Of a stretch of 51,728 nt of DNA, positions 28,036 through 36,960 are shown piece by piece (position 1 is the first letter of the stretch; each line of letters opens with the position of its first letter). This DNA comes from Sulfurovum sp. Lineage in GTDB: Bacteria > Campylobacterota > Campylobacteria > Campylobacterales > Sulfurovaceae. The DNA is taken from positions 1 to 51,728 of the forward strand of contig JALWKQ010000081.1 in assembly GCA_027081395.1 (NCBI GenBank). The letters are read 5' to 3'. A model generated the notes under the pieces. It had not been told where the DNA came from. It ran no database searches and saw only the letters and a program-made list of their open reading frames with translations. The position numbers and the translations under genes were made by a program.

Positions 28036-30405
28036 ATGATAAGAGTAGTCAAAAGAAACGGGCGTGTCGAGACACTGGATGTGACCAAGATCCAGAAGTA
28101 TACATCAGCGGCAGTCGAGGGGCTTGAGGGCGTGAGTCAAAGTGAGCTTGAGGTCGATGCGAAACTGCAGTTCCGTGATATGATCACGACCGAAGAGATC
28201 CAGACGACACTGATCAAGACAGCGGTTGACAAGATTGACATCGACAGACCCAACTGGACGTTTGTCGCTTCGAGACTTTTCCTCTATGACCTCTATCACA
28301 AAGTGACAGGCTTTACAGGCTACCACCATCTCAGAGAGTACTTTGAGCGAGGAGAGAAAGAGGGGCGGATCGTACTGGGGCTCAAAGAGAAGTATGACCT
28401 TGATGATCTCAACGACTATATCAAACCCGAGCGTGATCTGCAGTTTACCTATCTTGGGATACGTACACTCTATGACAGATACCTGATCAAAGACAGACAG
28501 GGGGTGCCGATCGAACTGCCGCAGCAGCTTTTTATGGGTGTGGCGATGTTCTTGGCGCAAAATGAGTTCGACTGTCAGACATGGGCGAAGAAGTTCTATG
28601 ACATTTTGAGCAAGTTTGAAGTGATGGCAGCGACACCGACACTCTCTAACGCCCGTACACCGAGACACCAGCTCAGCTCCTGTTATATCGGCTCTACACC
28701 TGACAACATCGAAGGGATCTTCGACGGCTACAAAGAGATGGCGCTGCTAAGCAAGTTTGGCGGTGGTATCGGCTGGGACTGGACACAGGTGCGTGGGATG
28801 GGCTCCTATATCGACGGACACAAGCACGCCGCAGGCGGTATCGTACCGTTCCTCAAGATCGCCAATGATGTTGCTATCGCAGTCGATCAGCTCGGTACAC
28901 GTAAAGGGGCGATCGCAGTCTATATCGAGCCGTGGCATGTCGATGTACGTGACTTCCTCGACCTGAAGAAAAACTCAGGTGAAGAGCGCCGCCGTGCACA
29001 CGACCTCTTCCCCGCACTCTGGCTCAACGATCTCTTTATGGAGCGTGTTGCCAATGATGAGATGTGGACACTCTTTGATCCGTTTGAGGTCAAGGAGTTG
29101 ACAAACCTTTACGGAGAAGAGTTCGAGAAGCGTTATATCGAGCTTGAGAACAGCGATGACAATATCACCAGAGAGCGTATCTCCGCCAAGGGGCTCTGGA
29201 AAGAGATACTCCGTTCCTACTTCGAGACGGGCAATCCGTTCTTGACATTCAAGGATACTGCCAACCGTGCCAACCCCAACAAGCATGCCGGTATCATCCG
29301 CAGTACGAACCTCTGTACGGAGATCTTCCAAAACACGGCACCCAACCACTACAAGACGCTTGTGATCTACGAGGATGGCAGTCGCCAATCCTTCGAAGAG
29401 GAGGAGCTTGTCACAGTTGACAACGGTATGACCAAACCTGCCAAAAAGATCACGGCACTTGACAGTATCGGCGGTAAGCAGATATGGATCGTAGAGAAGG
29501 AGAAGATCGACGGTGACACGGCAGTCTGTAACCTCGCATCTGTCAACCTCTCCAAGGTCAACACCAAAGAGGATATGGCGCGTGTCGTACCCATCGCGAT
29601 CCGTATGCTTGACAATGTCATCGATCTGAACTTCTATCCGCTTGCCAAGGTCAAGAAGACCAATGAGAAATCGAGATCGATCGGTCTGGGTGTCATGGGT
29701 GAGGCGCAGATGCTCGCCGAGAGTCAGATCGAGTGGGGCTCGTATGACCACCTGATGAAGGTCGATGAGGTGATGGAGTCCTTCTCCTATTATGCGATCG
29801 AAGCATCGAGCAACCTCGCACTGGAGAAAGGGAAGTATCCGAACTTTGACGGTTCAGACTGGTCTAAAGGGATCTTCCCGATCGACAAAGCCAACGAAAA
29901 TGCCTGTAAACTGGTTGACAGAGGCGGGCTCTTTGGCTATACGCACGACTGGGATGCTCTGCGCAAGAAAGTACAGCAAGACGGTATGCGCAACGGCTAT
30001 CTTATGGCGATCGCACCGACAAGCTCCATCTCGATATTGACAGGTACCACACAGGCGATCGAGCCGGTCTACAAGCGCAAGTGGTTCGAGGAGAATCTCT
30101 CGGGACTCATCCCGGTCACCGCACCGAAGCTCTCACCGGATACCTGGCAGTACTACACACCGGCATACGATCTTGACCAAAATATCTTGGTCAAAGCAGG
30201 GGCGATCCGACAGAAGTGGCTCGATCAGGGGCAGTCGCTCAATATCTTCATCACCCTTGACAAAGCAAGCGGCAAGTACCTCAACGAGATCTACATGAAT
30301 GCATGGAAGTTCGGACTCAAGTCCACCTACTATCTGCGAAGTCAATCTCCTGAGAGTACGAATGATGTGGAGGATCGTTCACAAGAATGTGTAGGGTGCC
30401 AGTAG
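28036..30405 (+). CDS. nrdA: class Ia ribonucleotide reductase alpha subunit
   Basis: ATP cone VVKRNG; ATPTLSN, LSSC, NLCTEI, VCNLAS, AIAPTSSIS, KSTYY, C-terminal CVGC. Confidence 0.97.
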   Translation: MIRVVKRNGRVETLDVTKIQKYTSAAVEGLEGVSQSELEVDAKLQFRDMITTEEIQTTLIKTAVDKIDIDRPNWTFVASRLFLYDLYHKVTGFTGYHHLREYFERGEKEGRIVLGLKEKYDLDDLNDYIKPERDLQFTYLGIRTLYDRYLIKDRQGVPIELPQQLFMGVAMFLAQNEFDCQTWAKKFYDILSKFEVMAATPTLSNARTPRHQLSSCYIGSTPDNIEGIFDGYKEMALLSKFGGGIGWDWTQVRGMGSYIDGHKHAAGGIVPFLKIANDVAIAVDQLGTRKGAIAVYIEPWHVDVRDFLDLKKNSGEERRRAHDLFPALWLNDLFMERVANDEMWTLFDPFEVKELTNLYGEEFEKRYIELENSDDNITRERISAKGLWKEILRSYFETGNPFLTFKDTANRANPNKHAGIIRSTNLCTEIFQNTAPNHYKTLVIYEDGSRQSFEEEELVTVDNGMTKPAKKITALDSIGGKQIWIVEKEKIDGDTAVCNLASVNLSKVNTKEDMARVVPIAIRMLDNVIDLNFYPLAKVKKTNEKSRSIGLGVMGEAQMLAESQIEWGSYDHLMKVDEVMESFSYYAIEASSNLALEKGKYPNFDGSDWSKGIFPIDKANENACKLVDRGGLFGYTHDWDALRKKVQQDGMRNGYLMAIAPTSSISILTGTTQAIEPVYKRKWFEENLSGLIPVTAPKLSPDTWQYYTPAYDLDQNILVKAGAIRQKWLDQGQSLNIFITLDKASGKYLNEIYMNAWKFGLKSTYYLRSQSPESTNDVEDRSQECVGCQ

Positions 30406-30527
30406 CACTTTTATTTCACTGCATCTTTCACCAAACGGCTTCGTTCCGTTCGGTCACTTACTATCAGTAAGCTCCCTCTCTCCACTCACGCCGCTTGATA
30501 AAATATGCAGCAAACTAAAAGGCTACT
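30401..30527. repeat. ERIC/IRU-like palindromic element (127 bp)
   Basis: Imperfect long hairpin AGTAGC...CTGCAT...ACGGC / GCCGC...ATGCAG...GCTACT overlapping the nrdA TAG; core GTCACTTAC-TATCA-GTAAGCTCC. Confidence 0.7.
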
Positions 30528-30553
30528 CAAAAGCACAAATGATAAGTACACAA

Positions 30554-30659
30554 CTCATCCCCATGTTTCACGTGGGGATGCATATTTCAATTTGATACAA
30601 AAAACTACTACAGGTTTGAAAAATATCCATATACGCTCCCACGCAAAGCATGGGAGCGA
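30554..30659. repeat. REP-like doublet (CCCAYG...YRTGGG type)
   Basis: CATCCCCATG-TTTCA-CGTGGGGATG and CGCTCCCACG-CAAAG-CATGGGAGCG about 50 nt apart. Confidence 0.65.
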
Positions 30660-30798
30660 AAAAAATCTATCCATTTTCCATAAAATCAAAAATAACCTAC
30701 CTAACGCGCAATATAATCCATTTTAAACCCTTTTTTAACCTCAGGTATGGAAAAAATAAAAAAAACGGCTTATTTTGGCGTCTGTTTCTGGGTGTTTT

Positions 30799-30921
30799 GT
30801 AGGGTGTTGTCCCACGACAACGCCTTGAAGTTTATGATGAAATGAAAGTTTTGGTTACAAATCATATTTTTGGTGTTGTGAGGGCGACCAAAGGAAGTGC
30901 CTATGGTGCACAACACCCTAC
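30799..30921. repeat. GTAG-type REP doublet (inverted)
   Basis: GTAGGGTGTTGTCCCACGACAACGCC (30799-30824) and GGTGTTGTG...CACAACACCCTAC (30872-30921). Confidence 0.75.
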
Positions 30922-30927
30922 GGAAAT

Positions 30928-31493
30928 TTATTCGCCTGTGTAGAGCTGTCTGGGTCTGGCGATTTTGGAGGTGGGGTCTTGTTTGAACTCGATCCATTGG
31001 CTCAGCCATCCGACGGTGCGTCCAATGACAAAGATAGGGGTGAACATCGACTTGGGGATCTTGAGTGCGGTAAGGATAATGCCGGTGTAGAAATCGATGT
31101 TGGGATAGAGGTTGCGTGAGATGAAGTACTCATCACTCAGTGCTGTCTCTTCGATCTTTCTGGCGATCGCCATCAGTTCGCTGTCAAGCCCAAGCTCTAT
31201 GCGGAGCTCATCCTGCAGCTCTTTGAGGATACGTGCTCTTGGGTCGAAGTTTTTGTAGACGCGGTGCCCGAAGCCCATGAGATGAAAATCATCATTGGGA
31301 TCTTTGGCACGCTTTATGAAGGCATCGACATTCTCCACTGAGCCGATCATCTCAAGCTGTGCGATGACAGACTCATTGGCACCGCCGTGAGCGCGTCCCC
31401 AAAGCGCGGCAATCCCCGAGCTGATCGCGACATAGGGGTGTGCGCCGGTCGAGGCGACTCCGCGCACGATAAAGTAACAATATTCTTTTTCAT
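30928..31493 (-). pseudogene. gltA: citrate synthase with large internal deletion and frameshift
   Basis: AAGGA SD + ATG 31493 MKKNIVTL, joined out of frame to [53 protein letters not shown] (179 codons). Confidence 0.85.
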
Positions 31494-31605
31494 CTCTATT
31501 CCTTTTAGGAGAGCCTTTTATGTAGTATAGCGTATCGTAAATTATGTAAAATCCGTGTGTAGTTTGAGAGTTCACAATCAATACACAAAAGGGAGCTATA
31601 CTGTG

Positions 31606-31745
31606 AACGAGAAAGACAAAGAGGTTTCCCCTTCCTCCCTTATGCCTCTGCGTCTTTCCGGGTGGCTTTTCACACTATTTCATGCTCGGACATCTCTGTC
31701 CGTGGATACTCCTTTAAATTTATATCCGTGAAGAGCCGCCTCGTT
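31606..31745. repeat. branched inverted-repeat element
   Basis: Stems AACGAG/CTCGTT, GAAAGAC..AGAGG/CCTCT..GTCTTTC, GTGGCTTTTCAC/GTGAAGAGCCGC, CGGACA/TGTCCG, GGATA/TATCC. Confidence 0.55.
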
Positions 31746-31761
31746 TCTTCTGAATGGAGAG

Positions 31762-31838
31762 TTAAGGACTAAGGTTTAAGGCTTAAGGGTTGGCAGTATG
31801 TTTTTTATGTATCTTGGCGCTTAAACCTTAGTCCTTAA
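31762..31838. repeat. 19-bp perfect inverted repeat built of heptamers
   Basis: TTAAGGACTAAGGTTTAAG (31762-31780) / CTTAAACCTTAGTCCTTAA (31820-31838). Confidence 0.85.
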
Positions 31839-31862
31839 TCCTTGATTTCTCTGGCGTCGCTG

Positions 31863-32074
31863 GCAGTTGTCGTTTATTTAACGGCTCTCCGGGCGTATGC
31901 TATGTTCGTTTCGCTCACATATACGCATCGCCGTGCGGGGCGGACAACACAAAGCAGTTTGTGATTTTTGTTTTGGTTTCTCCGGGCGTATCGGATGCTC
32001 ACGGTGTTCGCATATACCGATCGCCGTGCGAGCCTATAAACGACAAGCAGTTGTCGTTTATTTAACGGCTCTCC
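31863..32074 (-). repeat. two tandem copies of a structured ~80-bp element bracketed by a 28-bp direct repeat
   Basis: Copies at 31886-31963 and 31979-32061; GCAGTTGTCGTTTATTTAACGGCTCTCC at 31863-31890 and 32047-32074. Confidence 0.9.
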
Positions 32075-32586
32075 CCCCATCCGTGCATTTTGGTGGAGAG
32101 GATGATGTCGTAGTGGTCGAAGATGCCCTCAAGTACACTGGTAGCGACAAAGAGTGTCTCTTCGAGGTCGGCGATCCACTGATCCTGAAGTGTACGGTCG
32201 CCTTTGGGGATAAATATCACGATTTTGCCGTGGCTTCTGATGATATCGTGCGCTTTTCTCAAAAAGAGGGTGCGCTCAGAGGCATCGATCTCGAGTGTCA
32301 GGATAAAGTACTCATACTCTTTGCCGGCGATACGGAACTTGGGGCGGCTGAGGGGCATTTTGAATGCCTTGGCAGAGGGGAGTTCCCCAAAGGCTGCTTT
32401 GGCTTCGGCGGCAAATGCCTCATCGGGCGTATTGAGCTGGTAGCTGTACTCTTTTTGGGTGCAATAGTGAGCAAGTTCGGTAGAGAGCCCGATATCTTCA
32501 TCACTGAAGTGTACGACATTGGCGAAGGGTCGATAGTAGATATCATCCATGAGCTTTTTCAGCTTCTGAGCTTCGATCTTTTTCAT
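32062..32586 (-). CDS. hypothetical protein (possibly degenerate methyltransferase-like fold)
   Basis: 174-aa ORF with host-like codons; FLRKAHDIIRSHGKIVIF resembles the class I MTase L..GG.l.i segment, but no SAM-binding glycine motif is visible. Confidence 0.7.
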   Translation of the reverse strand: MKKIEAQKLKKLMDDIYYRPFANVVHFSDEDIGLSTELAHYCTQKEYSYQLNTPDEAFAAEAKAAFGELPSAKAFKMPLSRPKFRIAGKEYEYFILTLEIDASERTLFLRKAHDIIRSHGKIVIFIPKGDRTLQDQWIADLEETLFVATSVLEGIFDHYDIILSTKMHGWGESR

Positions 32587-32668
32587 GCGTCAATTGTAGC
32601 TAAAAATAAGTCTTAATGTGTATAATGTATTTTAAATTTAGCGACAAAATGTTTATAGAGGGATCAAA

Positions 32669-33688
32669 ATGGAACGTAAAAAGATATATAACCCCGAATC
32701 GGAAGAGAAAACAAACGAACGCCGCATATTTGGGGGGAATCCGACAGGAATCTTCGAACTCAATGATATCAAATACCAGTGGGCATACAACCTTTGGGAG
32801 ATGATGCTGAACAATACATGGTTCCCCAAAGAGGTCGATATGACAAGGGATGTCAACGACTACAAAAACCTCACGCCCGCAGAGAAACAGGCTTACGACA
32901 AGGTGCTGGCACAGCTGATCTTCATGGATTCGCTGCAGACGAACAATATCATCGACAATATGAATCCTTTTATCACTGCGCCGGAGGTCAATCTGATCCT
33001 GGTGCGTCAGGCATTTGAAGAGGCGCTTCACTCTCAAAGCTATGCGGTGATGGTAGACTCCATCTCGACCAATACCGAAGAGATCTATGAGCTTTGGCGC
33101 AGAGATATGATGCTCAAGTCCAAGAATGATGCCATTGCCAAGGTCTATGATGAACTCTCGGAAAATCCGACAGATCAAAATATCGTCAAAGCGATGTTCG
33201 CCAACCAGATCCTCGAGGGGATCTACTTCTACAGCGGTTTTGCCTATCTTTATACCCTGGCGCGTGCGGACAAGATGCTCGGATCGGCACAGATGATCCG
33301 CTTTATTCAAAGAGATGAGGTGACACATCTGCTGATCTTCCAAAATATGATCAACTCCACACGCAAGGAGCGTCCTGAGCTCTTTACTCCCGAACTGATC
33401 GATGAGGTCTATGAGATGTTTGAAGCCGCGGTCAAGCTCGAAACACAGTGGGGATCCTATATTACACAGGGGCAGATACTGGGGCTGACCGATGAGATCA
33501 TCGAGCAGTACATCAAGTATCTTGCGGACAAGCGGTTGCATGCGGTCGGACTGGAGAGACTCTACAATGTAGAGCATCCGATCAAGTGGGTGGATAACTT
33601 CTCGCAGTTCAATGACCAGAAGACCAACTTCTTCGAAGGCAATGTGACCAACTACTCCAAAGGAAGTCTCGATCTTGACGACTTCTAA
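32669..33688 (+). CDS. nrdB: class Ia ribonucleotide reductase beta subunit
   Basis: [48 protein letters not shown]. Confidence 0.97.
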   Translation: MERKKIYNPESEEKTNERRIFGGNPTGIFELNDIKYQWAYNLWEMMLNNTWFPKEVDMTRDVNDYKNLTPAEKQAYDKVLAQLIFMDSLQTNNIIDNMNPFITAPEVNLILVRQAFEEALHSQSYAVMVDSISTNTEEIYELWRRDMMLKSKNDAIAKVYDELSENPTDQNIVKAMFANQILEGIYFYSGFAYLYTLARADKMLGSAQMIRFIQRDEVTHLLIFQNMINSTRKERPELFTPELIDEVYEMFEAAVKLETQWGSYITQGQILGLTDEIIEQYIKYLADKRLHAVGLERLYNVEHPIKWVDNFSQFNDQKTNFFEGNVTNYSKGSLDLDDF

Positions 33689-34409
33689 GCCCAAAACCCT
33701 TGAAGTCGTTACGCTTCAACTCCCCTCCCGCCAGCGCTATCAGGAAAATCTCGATACGCTGCTGCTTCATCTTGCCACTCATCACGACAAGCATATTGTT
33801 GTCGCACCTGAGGTCTTTTTGACCGGATATGACTATGCCCACATGGGTACAGCGGCAAAATTTTCTGCCATGGCACTGAAAACACTGAAAAAAGCGGTCA
33901 ATGAACAGATCGTAGTGATTACACTGCTGCTGGAGGATGGGGATGAGTTTGTCAATCAAGCGGTAGTGATCCACCGCCACAAAGTGATCCATAGACAGAA
34001 CAAGGTCAAACTCTTCAGACTCGGAGACGAAGACCTCTATCTCAAACCAGGCAAACCCAAGAAGGTCAAGCCGTTTGAGATCAATGGGGTGCGCTATGCG
34101 GTATTGATCTGCTTTGAATTGCGCTTCAAAGAGCTCTGGAAGCAGGTCGAAGGTGCCGATGTGGTCTTTGTGCCTGCAAGATGGGGCAAACCCAGACGCC
34201 AGCACCTTGAGATTCTCTCACGGGCGCTTGCGGTGATGAATCAGTGCTATGTGGTGGTCTCCAACAGCAGTGACCCTGATATGGCGGGTGCTTCGGCGAT
34301 CATCTCCCCCAGCGGGGATGCGGTCACGGATGACTATGCAGATGCGATTGAGGGCAGTATCGATTTCAGAGAGATCAAAAAGATCCGGCGCTATATCGTG
34401 ATGGATTGA
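33675..34409 (+). CDS. carbon-nitrogen hydrolase (nitrilase superfamily)
   Basis: E-K-C triad contexts [24 protein letters not shown]; TTG start overlapping nrdB. Confidence 0.88.
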   Translation: MTTSKPKTLEVVTLQLPSRQRYQENLDTLLLHLATHHDKHIVVAPEVFLTGYDYAHMGTAAKFSAMALKTLKKAVNEQIVVITLLLEDGDEFVNQAVVIHRHKVIHRQNKVKLFRLGDEDLYLKPGKPKKVKPFEINGVRYAVLICFELRFKELWKQVEGADVVFVPARWGKPRRQHLEILSRALAVMNQCYVVVSNSSDPDMAGASAIISPSGDAVTDDYADAIEGSIDFREIKKIRRYIVMD

Positions 34410-34478
34410 TTTGCGCAATCTCTTCAAGTAACTTTGGATAAAATACCACCCAAATTAGGGGTATGAAGGCAGAGGCAG

Positions 34479-35114
34479 ATGATCAAGCTACGAAACAGAC
34501 AGAATCTTGTAGATGAGATAGAGAAGCATTTCAAGCTCGATCCACATGTCAAAGAGGCGTTTCTCGCTGTGGATCGCGAAGCGTTTGTCCCCAATGAATT
34601 CAGACATCTCTCCTACAAACTCGATGCTCTCCCCCTTGCGGCAAGCCAATGGATCTCCTCTCCGCTGACAGTAGCGAAGATGACACAGCACCTTGAGCTC
34701 AAGGGTGTGGACTCCGTCCTTGAAGTGGGGTGCGGCTCGGGATACCAGGCGGCGATACTGAGCAAGATCTGCCGCAGGGTCTTTACGATAGAGCGTATCG
34801 ATGAACTGCTTAGAAGCGCTAAGATGCGCTTTTCACAGCTTGAGATGCACAATATCTTTACCCGTTTTGATGACGGCCAGCGTGGCTGGAAGGAGTATGC
34901 CCCCTATGAGCGCATCCTCTTCTCCGCCACAGCCAAAGAGATCCCCGAAGTCCTCTTTGAACAACTCGCAGAAGGGGGTATCCTCATCGCGCCGATAGAG
35001 CAGGGACCGGAGTATCATATCATCACACGCTACTACAAAAAGAACGGACGTATTAGTTCTGAAAATATAGAACCCTGCCTCTTTGTCCCCGTGCTTGACG
35101 GTACGCAGAAGTAA
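34479..35114 (+). CDS. pcm: protein-L-isoaspartate O-methyltransferase
   Basis: REAFVP, QWISSP, VLEVGCGSGYQAAIL, GWKEYAPYERI, QLAEGGILIAP, FVP. Confidence 0.95.
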   Translation: MIKLRNRQNLVDEIEKHFKLDPHVKEAFLAVDREAFVPNEFRHLSYKLDALPLAASQWISSPLTVAKMTQHLELKGVDSVLEVGCGSGYQAAILSKICRRVFTIERIDELLRSAKMRFSQLEMHNIFTRFDDGQRGWKEYAPYERILFSATAKEIPEVLFEQLAEGGILIAPIEQGPEYHIITRYYKKNGRISSENIEPCLFVPVLDGTQK

Positions 35115-35167
35115 ACCTTTCATTAAACTTATGCTATGATTTACAAAACTGTAAAGAGGGGTAAGGA

Positions 35168-35815
35168 ATGGAAAAGCTGATGAAGCCGGCGGAGTATGCC
35201 AAGGAGCTTGGGATCTCCAGACAGGCTGTCTATGCGAAGATCAAAAAAGGGATATTGCGTTCCAAAAATGTCGACGGGAAGCTTTACATTGTCGTTGACA
35301 GTAAAGAGAGATCTCAGACGGTATCCGATCCTGCCAAAACAGCATCCAAAAAAGCAGTGACCTCTACCCAAGAGCGTGACTATGAGGCGCTGCTCAAAGC
35401 CAAAGATGAGACCATAGAGGTACTCAAAGGAACCGTCAAAGATCTCAAAGAGTCCAACAGGGAAATTTCCACCACCCTGCGAGGGGAGATCGACCTGCTC
35501 AAAGAGGCGTTTCATGAGATGCGTACCCTCTATGTACATCAGCTCGAACAGAAAAAAGCCAAAACGGATGTTGAAACGATCGAAGTGCTCTCGCATGAGG
35601 ATGCACCGAGCGCTCCACAGCAGGCAGATATGATCGAGGATGCCCTGTGGGTAGGGATCAAGAAGTTTCTCAAGCATTTCGGTGCAGAAGAGAAAAAAGA
35701 GAAGATCGCCAAGCGTCTGAAAAAGGCATACAAAAAAGGGGATCACAGAGTGACCAAAATTGACGGGAAGCTCAAGATCGACCTGAATGAAAGTTATGAG
35801 GATATCCTGCACTAA
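35168..35815 (+). CDS. HTH + coiled-coil putative DNA-binding protein
   Basis: EYAKELGISRQAVYAKIKKG HTH; central coiled coil LLKAKDETIEVLK...; basic C-terminal domain. Confidence 0.75.
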   Translation: MEKLMKPAEYAKELGISRQAVYAKIKKGILRSKNVDGKLYIVVDSKERSQTVSDPAKTASKKAVTSTQERDYEALLKAKDETIEVLKGTVKDLKESNREISTTLRGEIDLLKEAFHEMRTLYVHQLEQKKAKTDVETIEVLSHEDAPSAPQQADMIEDALWVGIKKFLKHFGAEEKKEKIAKRLKKAYKKGDHRVTKIDGKLKIDLNESYEDILH

Positions 35816-36906
35816 TGAAAGTACTAAAAGATCTATTCAGAGAGTATAGTCTGTTTGCGGCGGTGATCGCCTTTTTTGCCATTGAGCATTTTGAGCATCT
35901 GTTGACACAGAGTACCGCAGGAAACCTGCTTGGGTTTGCTGTATTGTTTGCGGTGATCATCTATTCGGCGATGTCTGTCGCACACCATGCGGAGATGCTT
36001 GCCGAGAAGTTCGGTGAGCCCTACGGGACGCTGATTTTGACGATCTCTGCGGTGATCGTCGAGATCGTCATTATCGTGATCATGATGCTGCATGCCGAGA
36101 GCCCCGTCCTTGCACGCGATACGATCTATTCGGCGATCATGCTCGATATCAACGGACTTTTGGGCATTGCGGCGATCATCGGTGGACTGAAATACGGTGA
36201 GCAGCCCTACAATGTCGACTCTTCCAACTCCTACCTCTCTATGCTGCTTGTCGCTATCGGTATCGCGATGGTCGTGCCGCACTTTATCGATGCCGCGCAT
36301 CATGACAACTTTATGATGTTCAATGTAGTGATGTTTATCCTGCTCTATATCGTCTTTACCCGTATCCAGCTCAAATCACACAAATATTTCTTTGAATACA
36401 AAGGGGGCAAAGAGGAGGTGTGTGATGTGGAGGGACACTGTAAAGCACCCTCTTCGATCAATGCCTGGTATCATGCGTCGATACTGATCCTTTCGATCAT
36501 TTTGGTAGGGGTGCTTGCAGAGCTTCTCTCTCTCTTTATGAGCAATACACTCAGCACCTTCGGTCTGCCGCTTGCAATGGGAGCGGTCGGCGTTGCCGTG
36601 ATCTCTGCGGCACCTGAGCTGATCACCGCAGTACGTGCGGCGATTGACAACCGGATGCAGACAGTGATCAACATCGCACTGGGAGCCTCGCTGGCGACGA
36701 TACTATTGACCATCCCCGCCGTGATCGTGGTCTCCCGTGTCATGGGGCTGGATCTCAATCTCTCTGTCACCCCTGTACAAGGGGTTATGCTCGGGTTGAC
36801 ACTGCTGGTGAGTATTGTCAACTTCAACGACGGGGAGACCAATGTACTTGAAGGCTTCCTACATGTGATCCTTTTCGTCGTTTTCTCTTTTCTCCTTTTT
36901 GTCTGA
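35815..36906 (+). CDS. chaA: Ca2+(Na+)/H+ antiporter, ChaA/CaCA family
   Basis: HHAEMLAEKFGEPYGTLILT, SAAPEL, ALGASLATILLTIP, GETNVLEG..H. Confidence 0.85.
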   Translation: MKVLKDLFREYSLFAAVIAFFAIEHFEHLLTQSTAGNLLGFAVLFAVIIYSAMSVAHHAEMLAEKFGEPYGTLILTISAVIVEIVIIVIMMLHAESPVLARDTIYSAIMLDINGLLGIAAIIGGLKYGEQPYNVDSSNSYLSMLLVAIGIAMVVPHFIDAAHHDNFMMFNVVMFILLYIVFTRIQLKSHKYFFEYKGGKEEVCDVEGHCKAPSSINAWYHASILILSIILVGVLAELLSLFMSNTLSTFGLPLAMGAVGVAVISAAPELITAVRAAIDNRMQTVINIALGASLATILLTIPAVIVVSRVMGLDLNLSVTPVQGVMLGLTLLVSIVNFNDGETNVLEGFLHVILFVVFSFLLFV

Positions 36907-36960
36907 GTCGCAGGATCAATACGCTGAGCCCTTTTGACAAAAATGGTGTATAATGCAGGT

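Noticed and set aside
29341-29510. ~55-aa extra segment in NrdA between NLCTEI and TAVCNL as an intein or intron
   Set aside because: In frame, too short, no intein N-terminal C/S block or C-terminal HN; I recall a similar segment in other Campylobacterota NrdA.
30564-30579. Fourth parS (TGTTTCACGTGGGGAT); weaker look-alikes near 26325 and 42711
   Set aside because: Second half-site is broken; the 30564 match is explained by the REP-like hairpin it lies in.
31470-31581. ORF-track N-terminus MIVNSQTT... for citrate synthase
   Set aside because: Reads through promoter/SD sequence with no citrate synthase similarity; the plausible start is ATG 31493 in another frame.
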